Shown here in pieces: positions 1 to 12,528 of a stretch of 63,412 nt of DNA. Each line of letters begins with the position of its first letter. Positions within the stretch are counted from its first letter, which is position 1. The stretch covers positions 1-63,412 of the forward strand of contig CAXHJY010001650.1 of assembly GCA_964016885.1 (NCBI GenBank), given 5' to 3'. The DNA is from Eledone cirrhosa. Taxonomy: Eukaryota. The notes below the pieces were generated by a model that saw nothing but the letters and a program-made list of their open reading frames with translations, searched no databases and was not told where the DNA came from. The translations under genes and the position numbers were made by a program.

Positions 1-40
<40 letters not shown>

Positions 41-384
41 AGAGTATATATATGTATATATACAAGTATATATAATATATATATACACATATACCTAAAT
101 ATATATGCTCATATATAAATACATATATACACACATAGATATATAAATATGCATGTGTGTATGTGAATGTATATATATATATTTAGATACCCACTATATA
201 TATATATATACCCACCCACAGTTATGCAGGTTTTCTGCTGTACCTAAGAGACCTCTTCTACATGGAATTCCGATCCCATTTCCGCCATTGTTGTTCCACG
301 AAATATTCTTGACATAATTCACACCACAAAGTTCTTACTGACTTCTACTACGTTGTATACTGGCTGTATATATATATATATATA

Positions 385-583
385 GGAAAAAGTATGACCC
401 CGACGGCAGAGCTCAAGCCGTTTTGACAGCTATTTCTGGACTGATGAGTCCAGAAATAGCTGTCAAAACGGCTTGAGCTCTGCCGTCGGGGTCATACTTT
501 TTCCTATTTCCCACTCTACTACCCTAAGTATTGAGTACTCTGGCGCGTTATGGTCCATTTGGTTCCTTACCACAATTCCTTTG

Positions 584-584
<1 letters not shown>
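385..584 (+). mobile_element. Fold-back Penelope-like pLTR/HHR element, family A copy 1
   Basis: Perfect 58-bp inverted repeat (385-442/447-504) with CTGATGA at the apex (441-447). It continues GTCCAGAAATAGCTGTC-AAAA(GAAA in other copies)-CGGC..GCCG-TC, then an unpaired ~80-nt tail with TTGAGTACT (531-539). (TA)n on both sides; 4 more copies in the window. Confidence 0.75.
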
Positions 585-628
<44 letters not shown>

Positions 629-781
629 TTTTTATACACATTTTCCTACGTACCCTCTCTATTATATGTAATTTTTCATGTTACAACTTATGCTATATAA
701 ATATTGAGTTTTGTCATAACTAATCACTGCCAAGACTGGAATTGAACCATCAGCACAGTTGAGGTATGTCAGACATCAATT

Positions 782-847
782 TATTTTATCTGATGAGGAC
801 GTACTGATGAAATAGCTCAGTACCTCTGAAATATGTATAATAAAATA
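782..847 (+). ncRNA. Type I hammerhead ribozyme-like motif
   Basis: TTTTAT-CTGATGA-[GGACGTACTGA..TCAGTACCTCT]-GAAA-TATGTA-TA-ATAAAA. Stem I is TTTTAT/ATAAAA; stem III is near-palindromic (ATATGTAT). Confidence 0.7.
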
Positions 848-913
848 TATTTGATCACATGAATGTCTATATTTATTAACATTTTGAAGTTATATATATA
901 TATATATATATAT

Positions 914-1026
914 AAGTTGTATTTAATTTGTTGGAAGTCCGACAAACATAAATGTTTATAACTGATTTAGAGCACTCAACAGTTTACTGGAGTAAATATT
1001 CCATGATATTAAATAAATGTACATTT
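914..1026 (-). mobile_element. Isolated 3' tail of the HHR element family at 13936-14109/34152-34326
   Basis: The minus strand reads CATTTATTTAATATCAT, identical to the end of the 14-kb element. It continues ACTCCAGTAAACTGTTGAGTGCTCT and ends in (TA)n. Confidence 0.6.
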
Positions 1027-1046
1027 CTGTGTGTATACGTGTATAT

Positions 1047-1235
1047 GAGAGAGAGAGAGAAAGAGAGAGAGTGAGAGTGAGAGAGAGAGTGAGAGAGAGA
1101 GTGAGAGAGAGAGTGAGAGAGAGAGTGAGAGAGACTGAGAGAAAGAGAGACTGAGAGAAAGAGAGACTGAGAGAAAGAGAGACAGAGAGAGAGAAAGAGA
1201 GACTGAGAGACAGAGACAGAGAGAGACAGAGAGAC

Positions 1236-1273
<38 letters not shown>

Positions 1274-1337
1274 CGATAGGAGAGAGAGAAGAGAAAATAA
1301 GAGTTAATGAAAATGTAAGTGAATGAACGAGAGATAA

Positions 1338-1378
<41 letters not shown>

Positions 1379-1433
1379 TATATATATACGTATATATAAG
1401 AAATTATATATATATAATTTCTTTTATATATAT

Positions 1434-1476
<43 letters not shown>

Positions 1477-1695
1477 CTTTTATATATATACACATATATA
1501 TACACACACATATATATACACACATATATATATATACACATATATATATACACATATATATATACACATATATATATATACACATATATATATACACATA
1601 TATATATACACACATATATATATATACACACATATATATATACACATATATATATACACATATATATATACACATATATATATATATATATACAC

Positions 1696-1764
<69 letters not shown>

Positions 1765-1885
1765 TATATATATACACACATATATATATATATATATACA
1801 CACATATATATATATATATACACACATATATATATATATATACACACACATATATATATATATACACACATATATATATATATAT

Positions 1886-1930
<45 letters not shown>

Positions 1931-1983
1931 TATATACACATATATATATATATATACACATAGAGAGAGAGAGAGAGAGAGAG
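1047..1983. repeat. Compound (GA)n and (TA)n/(CA)n microsatellite
   Basis: Read directly from the sequence. Confidence 0.95.
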
Positions 1984-2018
1984 AAGAAATAATGATAATA
2001 AAACAGAAGAAAAACAGT

Positions 2019-2050
<32 letters not shown>

Positions 2051-2194
2051 CGACGAAACGAAATCAAACACAAAAAAACAACAAGCAATCATCTGAGTAA
2101 AAGCGAGCGAACGGAAAACGTTAACGTAACGCATAAAAAGCTTTTTCGCCGAGATTTTCGCTTGGTTATCTCTCTCTCTCTTTCTGTCCTGAAG

Positions 2195-2330
2195 AATCTA
2201 TTGGTAAACCGAAGAGAGGAATGGTTCCAGCTACACGCTTGCCTGCTTCTCTGGCCAGGACAAACATCTGAACAACTGAAGCTCACCAATCTTGTCTGTC
2301 ACTTGATCTCGTTCGAATACAAATTAAAAG
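2195..2330 (+). other. Possible isolated exon (unassigned)
   Basis: Polypyrimidine tract + AG at 2193-2194, and AAG|GTTAGT donor at 2330/2331. One frame is open for 45 codons ([22 protein letters not shown]...). No recognisable homology. Confidence 0.2.
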
Positions 2331-2927
2331 GTTAGTTAGAAATGTCACATCGAAAACATCTGCAACAAATGCTTTTAAGTCAGCTCAAAATATTGATTGA
2401 ATATAAAAGTATGAAACAATAATTTCTCTGACCTTTCAATATGGAGTAAACTAACGCCACTTATGAAGACAATTTTTCTTGTATTCCAGTTTTGTTGAGT
2501 ATTTCACCTCCTTGACATTAAAACCTGGTTCCTCTGCGCCCAATCCGAAAATCTTAAGAGTTCTTTCCGTTGTAAAGAGTATTAAGAAATATGTGATTTT
2601 CACGAAAGTTTCTCGTTTTGATCAAAGAAAAACGTACTTTTAAGAGCGGGAACATCTTCCAATGTTGACCTTTTTGTTTTTAGCATTTTAAAACCTCCCG
2701 AGTTGCTTTCGCTGCTACAGAAACACAACATCCATTACGGAGGTTTAACTATGTGTTTACATCTACCTTGGCTTGCCAAACACTCCAAAATAACCCCCCC
2801 CCCCACTTTCAAACTCTTATTGTCGCTTTACTTCCCTTTATGGCTAACACTTGTTTATCGAACTAATCCTCAGCGCAAGGCTGTTTTTATTTACTCGCCT
2901 TTAATTCCAGCATATATAATTTTATAC

Positions 2928-2978
<51 letters not shown>

Positions 2979-3212
2979 AATATTACTATTACTGGCTTAT
3001 TATTATTTTTATTATTGTTGTTGTTCCTTCGTATTTTATTCTTTTTTCTGGGGTTTTTTCTTCATCTTCGCCATCGTTTTTTGTTGTTGTTGTTTTTTCT
3101 CCTTTCTTCTTCATTTCATCTTCGTTCTCTTTTTATCGTTTTTACATTTTTTTTTCCACTTCTGAATAATCTAACGAGAATTAATACACACACACACACA
3201 CACACACACATG

Positions 3213-3283
<71 letters not shown>

Positions 3284-3294
3284 GTGTATATATC

Positions 3295-3326
<32 letters not shown>

Positions 3327-3487
3327 TAAATATATATATATGTATATGTATATATGTATAAATATATATATATATATATGTATATATGTATAAATATATA
3401 TATATATGTATAAATATATATATATATATATATGTATAAATATATATATATATGTATATATATATATGTATAAATATATATGTATAA

Positions 3488-3524
<37 letters not shown>

Positions 3525-3987
3525 TATATAAATGTATATGTATGTATATATATATATATATAAGGTGAATATGAGGAATTTCTGCCGTTCCTGTCTTGCC
3601 AAATCTTCCACATCTCTAGTGAAAGTGTGTACTTACTGAACTGTGATGAGATGAAAACACCCCCCCCCCCCCCACCCCCACCCCCCACCACCCACACACA
3701 CACACACACCACTCCACCCACACCCCACCACCACTGCACCCTTAAACCCCCTACAGACCCTTCACCCCACCACCCACCATTACATCATCCAGGCAGCACC
3801 GTTGAAGAACGCTCAGCGCCATCTTGAATTAGTGAGTGTGCAACTTATGAATGCTTTCCGAACTATGCCCAAGAAAGGTTACTTGATCCACAATGCGTTA
3901 ACAATGAGGATCGACGGGGATCACTCAAAATGCGTGAAATAGCAACGAAATCTCCCTCATTTTATCGTGTGTGACATTATTTTGTCA

Positions 3988-6900
3988 TCTTCTTCTCCCA
4001 CTTATTCCTGTGAGAGTCATAGGGGCAGAGTGCTGAAACACTCCTTCCAGTAGGTCCTGTCAGAAGCAACTGTCTTCAACTGAACCAGCTGATCCCCCAA
4101 ACGAGACCAGCCAAGCTCATGGGTGTTTACATATCATTTATATTTCTTCTTCTTCTTCCACTTATACCAAGACAAGCTCATGAATGTTATCCAAACATCT
4201 TGGTCAGGAATCGTCAACCCCTGGGTCTCCTGTCAGTTGGTTTTGTCCGTAAAATCTGTCCAATGATTCTTTCCTGGGACATTCTAACCACATGTCCATA
4301 GTATAAGAGCTTTGATCTCTCAATTCGGAGAAGTAGTGGCTCTACCTGGAGTGACTCTCTGATCTCCGAGCTACACATTCTTTCCTGAGACATTCTAACC
4401 ACATGTCCATAGTATCAGAGCTGTGATCTCTCAATTCGGATAAGTAGCAGCTCTACCTGGAGTGACTCTCTGATCTCCGAGCTACACATTCTTTCCTGAG
4501 ACATTCTAACCACATGTCCATAGTATCAGAGCTGTGATCTCTCAATTCGGAGAAGTAGTGGCTCTACCTGGAGTGACTCTCTGATCTCCGAGCTACACAT
4601 TCTTTCCTGAGACATTCTAACCTCATGTCCATAGTATCAGAGCTGTGATCTCTCAATTCAGAGAAGTAGCAGCTCTACCTGGAGTGACTCTCTGATCTCC
4701 GAGCTACACATTCTTTCCTGAGACATTCTAACCTCATGTCCATAGTATCAGAGCTGTGATCTCTCAATTCGGAGAAGTAGTGGCTCTACCTGGGGTGACT
4801 CTCTGATCTCTGAGCTACACATTCTTTCCTGAGACATTCTAACCACATGTCCATAGTATGACAGCTGTGATCTCTCAATTCGGAGAAGTAGTGGCTCTAC
4901 CTGGAGTGACTCTCTGATCTCTGAGCTACACATTCTTTCCTGGGACATTCTAACCACATGTCCATAGTATCAGAGCTGTGATCTCTCAATTCGGAGAAGT
5001 AGTGGCTCTACCTGGGGTGACTCTCTGATATCCGAGCTACACATTCTTTCCTGGGACATTCTAACCACATGTCCATAGTATCAGAGCTGTGATCTCTCAA
5101 TTCGGATAAGTAGTGGCTCTACCTGGAGTGACTCTCTGATCTCCGAGCTACACGTTCTTTCCTGAGACATTCTAACCACATGTCCATAGTATCAGAGCTG
5201 TGATCTCTCAATTCAGAGAGCAGCAGCTATACTTGGAGTGACTCTCTGATCTCCGAGCTACACGTTCTTTCCTGAGACATTCTAACCACATGTCCATAGT
5301 ATCAGAGCTGTGATCTCTCAATTCAGAGAGCAGCAGCTATACTTGGAGTGACTCTCTGATCTCCGAGCTACACATTCTTTCCTGAGACATTCTAACCACA
5401 TGTCCATAGTATGACAGCTGTGATCTCTCAATTCGGAGAAGTAGTGGCTCTACCTGGAGTGACTCTCTGATATCCGAGCTACACATTCTTTCCTGGGACA
5501 TTCTAACCACATGTCCATAGTATCAGAGCTGTGATCTCTCAATTCGGATAAGTAGTGGCTCTACCTGGAGTGACTCTCTGATCTCCGAGCTACACGTTCT
5601 TTCCTGAGACATTCTAACCACATGTCCATAGTATCAGAGCTGTGATCTCTCAATTCAGAGAGCAGCAGCTATACTTGGAGTGACTCTCTGATCTCCGAGC
5701 TACACATTCTTTCCTGAGACATTCTAACCACATGTCCATAGTATCAGAGCTGTGATCTCTCAATTCGGCGAAGTAGTGGCTCTACCTGGAGTGACTCTCT
5801 GATCTCCGAGCTACACATTCTTTCCTGAGACATTCTAACCACATGTCCATAGTATCAGAGCTGTGATCTCTCAATTCGGCGAAGTAGTGGCTCTACCTGG
5901 AGTGACTCTCTGATCTCTGAGCTACACATTCTTTCCTGAGACATTCTTACCACATGTCCATAGTATCAGAGCTGTGATCTCTCAATTCGGAGAAGTAGTG
6001 GCTCTACCTGGAGTGACTCTCTGATCTCCGAGCTACACATTCTTTCCTGAGACATTCTAACCTCATGTCCAGAGTATCAGAGCTGTGATCTCTCAATTCG
6101 GAGAAGTAGTGGCTCTACCTGGAGTGACTCTCTGATCTCCGAGCTACACATTCTTTCCTGAGACATTCTAATCACATGTCCAGAGTATCAGAGCTGTGAT
6201 CTCTCAATTCGGCGAAGTAGTGGCTCTACCTGGAGTGACTCTCTGATCTCCGAGCTACACATTCTTTCCTGAGACATTCTAACCTCATGTCCATAGTATC
6301 AGAGCTGTGATCTCTCAATTCAGAGAAATAGCAGCTCTACCTGGGGTGACTCTCTGATCTCTGAGCTACACATTCTTTCCTGAGACATTCTAACCTCATG
6401 TCCATAGTATCAGAGCTGTGATCTCTCAATTCGGAGAAGTAGTGGCTCTACCTGGAGTGACTCTCTGATCTCCGAGCTACACATTCTTTCCTGAGACATT
6501 TTAACCACATGTCCATAGTATGACAGCTGTGATCTCTCAATTCGGAGAAGTAGCAGCTCTACCTGGAGTGACTCTCTGATCTCCGAGCTACACATTCTTT
6601 CCTGAGACATTCTAACCTCATGTCCATAGTATCAGAGCTGTGATCTCTCAATTCGGAGAAGTAGTGGCTCTACCTGGAGTGACTCTCTGATCTCTGAGCT
6701 ACACATTCTTTCCTGAGACATTCTAACCACATGTCCATAGTATCAGAGCTGTGATCTCTCAATTCGGAGAAGTAGTGGCTCTACCTGGAGTGACTCTCTG
6801 ATCTCCGAGCTACACATTCTTTCCTGAGACATTCTAACCACATGTCCATAGTATCAGAGCTGTGATCTCTCAATTCGGATAAGTAGCAGCTCTACCTGGG

Positions 6901-7845
6901 GTGACTCTCTGATCTCTGAGCTACACATTCTTTCCTGAGACATTCTAACCACATGTCCATAGTATCACAGCTGTGATCTCTCAATTCGGAGAAGTAGCAG
7001 CTCTACCTGGAGTGACTCTGATCTCCGAGCTACACATTCTTTCCTGAGACATTCTAACCTCATGTCCATAGTATCAGAGCTGTGATCTCTCAATTCGGAG
7101 AAGTAGTGGCTCTACCTGGAGTGACTCTCTGATCTCCGAGCTACACATTCTTTCCTGAGACATTCTAACCTCATGTCCATAGTATCAGAGCTGTGCTCTC
7201 TCAATTCGGAGAAGTCGCAGCTCTACCAGGAGTGACTCTCTGATCTCTGAGCTACACGTTCTTTGCTGAGACATTCTAACCACATGTCCATAGTATCACA
7301 GCTGTGCTCTCTCAATTCGGAGAAGTAGCAGCTCTACCAGGAGTGACTCTCTGATCTTTGAGCTACACATTCTTTCCTGAGACATTCTAACCACATGTCC
7401 AGAGTATCAGAGCTGTGATCTCTCAATTCGGAGAAGTCGCAGCTCTACCAGGAGTGACTCTCTGATCTCTGGGCTACACATTCTTTGCTGAGACATTCTA
7501 ACCACATGTCCATAGTATCAGAGCTGTGATCTCTCAATTCAGAGAAGTAGCAGCTCTACCAGGAATGACTCTCTGATCTCTGAGCTACACATTCTTTGCT
7601 GAGACATTCTAACCACATGTCGATAGTATCAGAGCTGTGATCTCTCAATTCAGAGAAGTAGCAGCTCTACCTGGAAAGACTCTCTGATCTCTGAGCTACA
7701 CATTCTTTCCTGAGACATTCTAACCACATGTCCATAGTATCAGAGCTGTGGTCTCTCAATTCAGAGAAGTAGCAGCTCTACTTGGAAAGACTCTCTGATC
7801 TCTGAGCTACACACAGTTGAATAATATTACTCCAAAGTAAAATTT
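3988..7845 (-). mobile_element. 3' fragment of an RTE-clade (Expander-like) LINE containing an internal tandem amplification
   Basis: The minus frame gives SSEIRESLQVEPLLLRIERSQL.YYGHVVRM...PTDRRPRG and, further on, LGWSRLG, typical of the RTE post-RT region. (GAA)n-like 3' ends at ~3988 and ~4146. Confidence 0.8.
4265..7812. repeat. Tandem satellite of ~32 x 111-bp units derived from LINE coding sequence
   Basis: Unit starts recur 111 bp apart (e.g. ATTCTTTCC at 4377 and 4488). One unit is 37 codons of the RTE frame. Confidence 0.95.
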
Positions 7846-8162
7846 GTCATTATTTAACTTTTAAAATCTTGAAATTATTTAGTTGAAGATTTCATTCAGA
7901 AGACATGTTAGTTAATTCAAATGGTAGTAGGATCGTTATTGATGGACAGATTATTCGGAATAAATTATTTAGTAGGAAACAGCCACAAAAATGTGTTTGT
8001 TAATTCGAAGATTTATAGAATAATAGTTGATAGGAATAGTTTGTGGTGATGGTTTGGAGAATGAGAAGCAGTCATAGTCATGTTTGTAAATTTAAAGATT
8101 GTTTTCTTATATATAGGTGTGTGGTTATTTGTGTAAAGGGTGTACGAATAAATGTTCATATA

Positions 8163-8228
8163 TATTTATCAATATATGTACATGTGTGTGTGTGTGTGTA
8201 AACATTTAATATATATATATATTAGATG

Positions 8229-8266
<38 letters not shown>

Positions 8267-8330
8267 CATATATTGATAAATAAACCCCCGGAACTCTCTT
8301 CCCACCCACTTTTCTCCTGAAGAAGGGCTT
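8163..8330 (+). repeat. Imperfect inverted repeat (8163-8282) followed by the 5' half of a pLTR-type HHR
   Basis: TATTTATCAATATATGTA..GTAAACAT pairs with ATGTTTAC..TACATATATTGATAAATA. It is followed by CCCACCCACTTTTCTCCTGAAGAAGGGCTTA, similar to the minus-strand element at 32401-32662. Confidence 0.55.
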
Positions 8331-8872
8331 AGTATCTACTAAATTTCGTGGCTGTTGATTAAATATATTTTATAGCTTATTTAAAGATTCACTTCTTTAA
8401 AATTGTCAAATGTCAACACTTCCTGTTTGCGGCCATATTATCACACCTATAATCGCATATATTTCCGTCGCTAATTTTCTCTAATGCAGTTTATATATAA
8501 CATCGTCTTTTTTTAATATCATGGATTACGTTAATGATTACATCAGACAGTGTTAGATAGACTTCGTTCAATTTCTGTGTATATTGTCAATTACGATTTT
8601 ATTTACATGCATATATATTTGTGTATAATATAAATATACACACAACACATGCTAGCAGAAAACCACCTGATAGGTGGTTTTTCTGCTAGTATATATATAA
8701 TGCATATACATACAAATATGTTTTATATATTTGTGTGTGGGGGGGGGGGTCTGTGTGTCTGTCTGTCTGTGTGTGTCTGTGTGTGTGTGTGTCTGTGTGT
8801 GTCTGTGTGTGTCTGTGTCTGTGTGTGTGTCTGTGTCTGTGTCTGTGTGTGTGTGTGTGTGTGTGATATACG

Positions 8873-8905
<33 letters not shown>

Positions 8906-8973
8906 GCAATATACATCGATATGATACATTTGTGTGTGTGTGTAATTTATATAAATATATGGAATATATATAT

Positions 8974-9089
8974 AATTGTTTCTACTTTCGGCACAAGGCC
9001 AGCAATTATCTCAGTGTATTACTGGTACTTTATTTTATCGACCCCGTAAGGATGAAAGGCAAAGTTAACCTCGGCGGGATTTGAACTCA
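8974..9089 (-). mobile_element. 5'-truncated tRNA-derived SINE with Nin/Deu-like core
   Basis: B box GAGTTCAAATCC followed by GCCTTTCATCCTTACGGGGTCGATAAAATAAAGTACC; homologous to 5 other copies. Confidence 0.8.
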
Positions 9090-9152
9090 TGGACAATGGA
9101 ATATATATATAATATACGTAACATATATATAATAGATATGTATATATATAAT

Positions 9153-9194
<42 letters not shown>

Positions 9195-9271
9195 TATTTG
9201 TTTATACTTTTACAAAATCATATATATTTGCATAAATATGTATTGTATAGTTACATATCTGTATATATATA

Positions 9272-9349
<78 letters not shown>

Positions 9350-9829
9350 ATATATATGTGTGTGTGTGAATGCATGTTTGTCTGCCATTTTGTCTCTTCC
9401 CTCTCTAAGTGTACGTCTGTGTTTATGTCTATGGCTATATTTTGGGTATCTTTCGACAACAAAAAAACACAATCCACATTTAATCGTGTCTGCAATTAGA
9501 AAAAAAATCAGAAAGATCTGCATATAATCAGGAAATCACATGCGACAGGCGGTAAAAAAAAAAGGGGGGGAATTTATAGGGGTGATGGATTAATGTGTAC
9601 TGCTGTGGGGGTGGGGGGTTCGCGTTTCATCGTCTTAGTGTTTATTTTTTTCTTATCATATATATGTTAACGGAAGTGCGAACAAAAGGGACGAAGGGGT
9701 TATAGTTTTGGTGAGATTATAGAAAAAATAGAGATAGATTTAAGCGTTTATATAGGGGGGGGGGTAAGTGTGTGTGTGTAAGTGTATATATATATTTATA
9801 TATATATATATACACACACACACATACAT

Positions 9830-9875
<46 letters not shown>

Positions 9876-10262
9876 CGCATATAAATAAGTTAGGCGGGTT
9901 TATGTCAATGAATGTTTTAATATAAATATTCTTAACTTTCACACTATATATTGATATTACACGCATATATATTGTTATATTTAGGACTGGCCATTTTCCC
10001 AATTTAACACACGCACCACATAACTTTCACTTTATCAAACTGAGCAATCCCGAAATATAACAATATCAGATTCAGCATACGATTTCAAATCAAGATTCTT
10101 GCTGACCAAATATAAATATATATTATTTATAAACCCAAGTTATAGCAGGTACTAATCGACGCAATAAAGCGATGTATTAACACATACCGTTCAGATCAAC
10201 ACAACAGTTAAAATATGTGACACCAAGTAAAACGACCGAAGGCAGTGGCCTTATATAGATAG

Positions 10263-10493
10263 ATATGTTTCTTTATTAGCCACAGGAGCACAAAAGAAGG
10301 GGACAATTACAAAGGGAGGAGTTTACATACAATAAAAACGTGTAAAATATTATCACAAATGCAAACGCACAAGAAAAGGGGACAATACAAAGACACATGC
10401 CGGGGATTTTACATACAGTCGTGTGAAAAAATATATAAAGAGAGAGAGATAGATAGATATGTTTCTTTATTTGATAGATAAGGATAGCTAGAT

Positions 10494-10525
<32 letters not shown>

Positions 10526-11486
10526 ATTTCTTTATTAGTCACAAGGGCACAACAGAAGGGGACAAATACAAATGGCGAGTTTGCATACAGGTATATGAAA
10601 ATATAACTATTAATAAAATAACAAATAACAATTGAAATCCCCAATAGGGGGGAGGCGTTACACAGGGGTTGTACACACCCCGAAAAAGAATGTACAACCC
10701 TCATCTCCAGGAGCACCAAGAGTGAGTACTCCCTTCCTCTCTTTCCTAAACCTACAGGCTTATATAGAGAGAAGGCCCAACCACTCGGGCCATCTTTGCC
10801 ACATTCACCCACCTTTTATAAAATTTGCTGGGGTACAGCACCTCTCTCTCTCCATCCTGATTCTTCTTCCAAAATGATATTTGAAAAAAACGAATCAGTT
10901 GTTCGCCGGAGAGAAAGGTGTCCGACCTCAGCCCTTTCAACCTTGTCCACCATATAACCTCTTTCACCATAGCTATAACACATAGGAAAACCGCCTCTCC
11001 TTCGTTTTTGAAGGAGGGTGGCGGTTTGATCATGACAATGGATTCGGTGGTCAACTGGATTGGTTCCACCCGCGACAGAAGTCGTTATACATAGCCCCAC
11101 AGGTCGGTAACGCCCGGGCAGTGTACAAATTCGTGCGCGACAGTTTCCTCGTCGCGCACGCATCTCGGACAGATCTTTTTCGAAGAGTCCCTGCCGGGCG
11201 CCCATGTCTGTAGAGCTTGTCTCGAACTGGTAGAGCTCCTTGGTATAGTAGCACTGCCCGGCCAGGGACTTTTGGAAATTGTCCATCGGTCCCGGGGGGG
11301 GGGGGTCCTACCGAAGAGACTGGCCAGTTCGTCCTCCTCTACGCCTAGAGTTTCTCCGAGCGCGTCGTCGCACTTGCTGCGGACCAACCCTCTATAGAAT
11401 GACGAAGTGGAGTCTCCACTGATCGCTGGGTTCGTTTGCCAGAGGACTGTGAGCGCCTGAGCACATCCGATGTGCCAGTCGCCCAT
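10263..11486 (-). mobile_element. Tx1/L1-clade LINE 3' fragment plus stacked extra 3' ends
   Basis: 10527-11486 is homologous to ~46030-47020 (MDNFQKSLA.QCY; CPRC..EETVAHEFVHC). Further AATAAAGAAAC ends lie at ~10263 and ~10457. All abut (GATA)n. Confidence 0.85.
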
Positions 11487-11497
11487 TGATAGATAGA

Positions 11498-11714
11498 TAG
11501 GGTGGGCCAGAATTCATGACTCGCTTGTTAGTTATATTTCTTAATACAATAACAATAAAATAAGCATCTTAAGTGTGTACATTTGTGTGCTTACCGTATC
11601 TTATTCATGATTTTATGCCTGTATATGGTATTATATCCCTTAAATTGTTTTACAAGATTTTGTGTTAATAGATCTATAAATAATCAAATGAGTCATGAAT
11701 TCTGGCGCACCCTG
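11498..11714. mobile_element. Tc1/mariner-type MITE (~217 bp)
   Basis: TIRs AGGGTGGGCCAGAATTCATGACTC / GAGTCATGAATTCTGGCGCACCCTG, followed by TA; AT-rich non-coding interior. Confidence 0.75.
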
Positions 11715-11754
11715 TACATACCACAACAACGATAAATAGGGTGAAAATATATAT

Positions 11755-11945
11755 AAGAAAGAGGATGTGGTAAGATACCAGATGGACCATAACGCACCAG
11801 AGTACTCAATGCTTAGGGTAGTAGAGTGGGTAATAGGAAAATGTATGACCCAGACGGCAGAGCTCAAGCTGTTTCGTTGGCTATTTCTGTCCAGAAATAG
11901 CTGTCGAAACGGCTTGAGCTCTGCCGTCGGGGTCATATATTTTCC
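11755..11945 (-). mobile_element. Family A fold-back HHR element, copy 2
   Basis: Arms 11836-11889/11892-11945; tail on the left with AGTACTCAA (11801-11809). Confidence 0.75.
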
Positions 11946-11982
<37 letters not shown>

Positions 11983-12023
11983 GTATAGAGAGAGAGAGAG
12001 AGAGATGCACATGCATATATTTA

Positions 12024-12058
<35 letters not shown>

Positions 12059-12476
12059 TTACAGATATTTATATATGAGTATATATACAAATATATATAT
12101 ATGAGTATATATACAAATATATATATATATATATTTATATATGAGTATATATACAAATATATATATATATATTTATATATGAGTATGTATACAAATATAT
12201 ATATATATTTATATATGAGTATATATACAAATATATATATATATATTTATATATGAGTATATATACAAATATATATATATATATATTTATATATGGGTAT
12301 ATATACAAATATATATATATATATTTATATATGAGTATATATACAGATATTTATATATGAGTATTTATACAAATATATAAATATATATATATATTTATAT
12401 ATATTTATATATGAGTATATATACAAATATATAAATATATATATATATTTATATATATTTATATATGAGTATATAT

Positions 12477-12524
<48 letters not shown>

Positions 12525-12528
12525 TATT

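Noticed and set aside
4265-7812. 111-bp array as a CRISPR array or repeat-protein gene
   Set aside because: There are no unique spacers, the context is eukaryotic, and most units contain an in-frame TGA.
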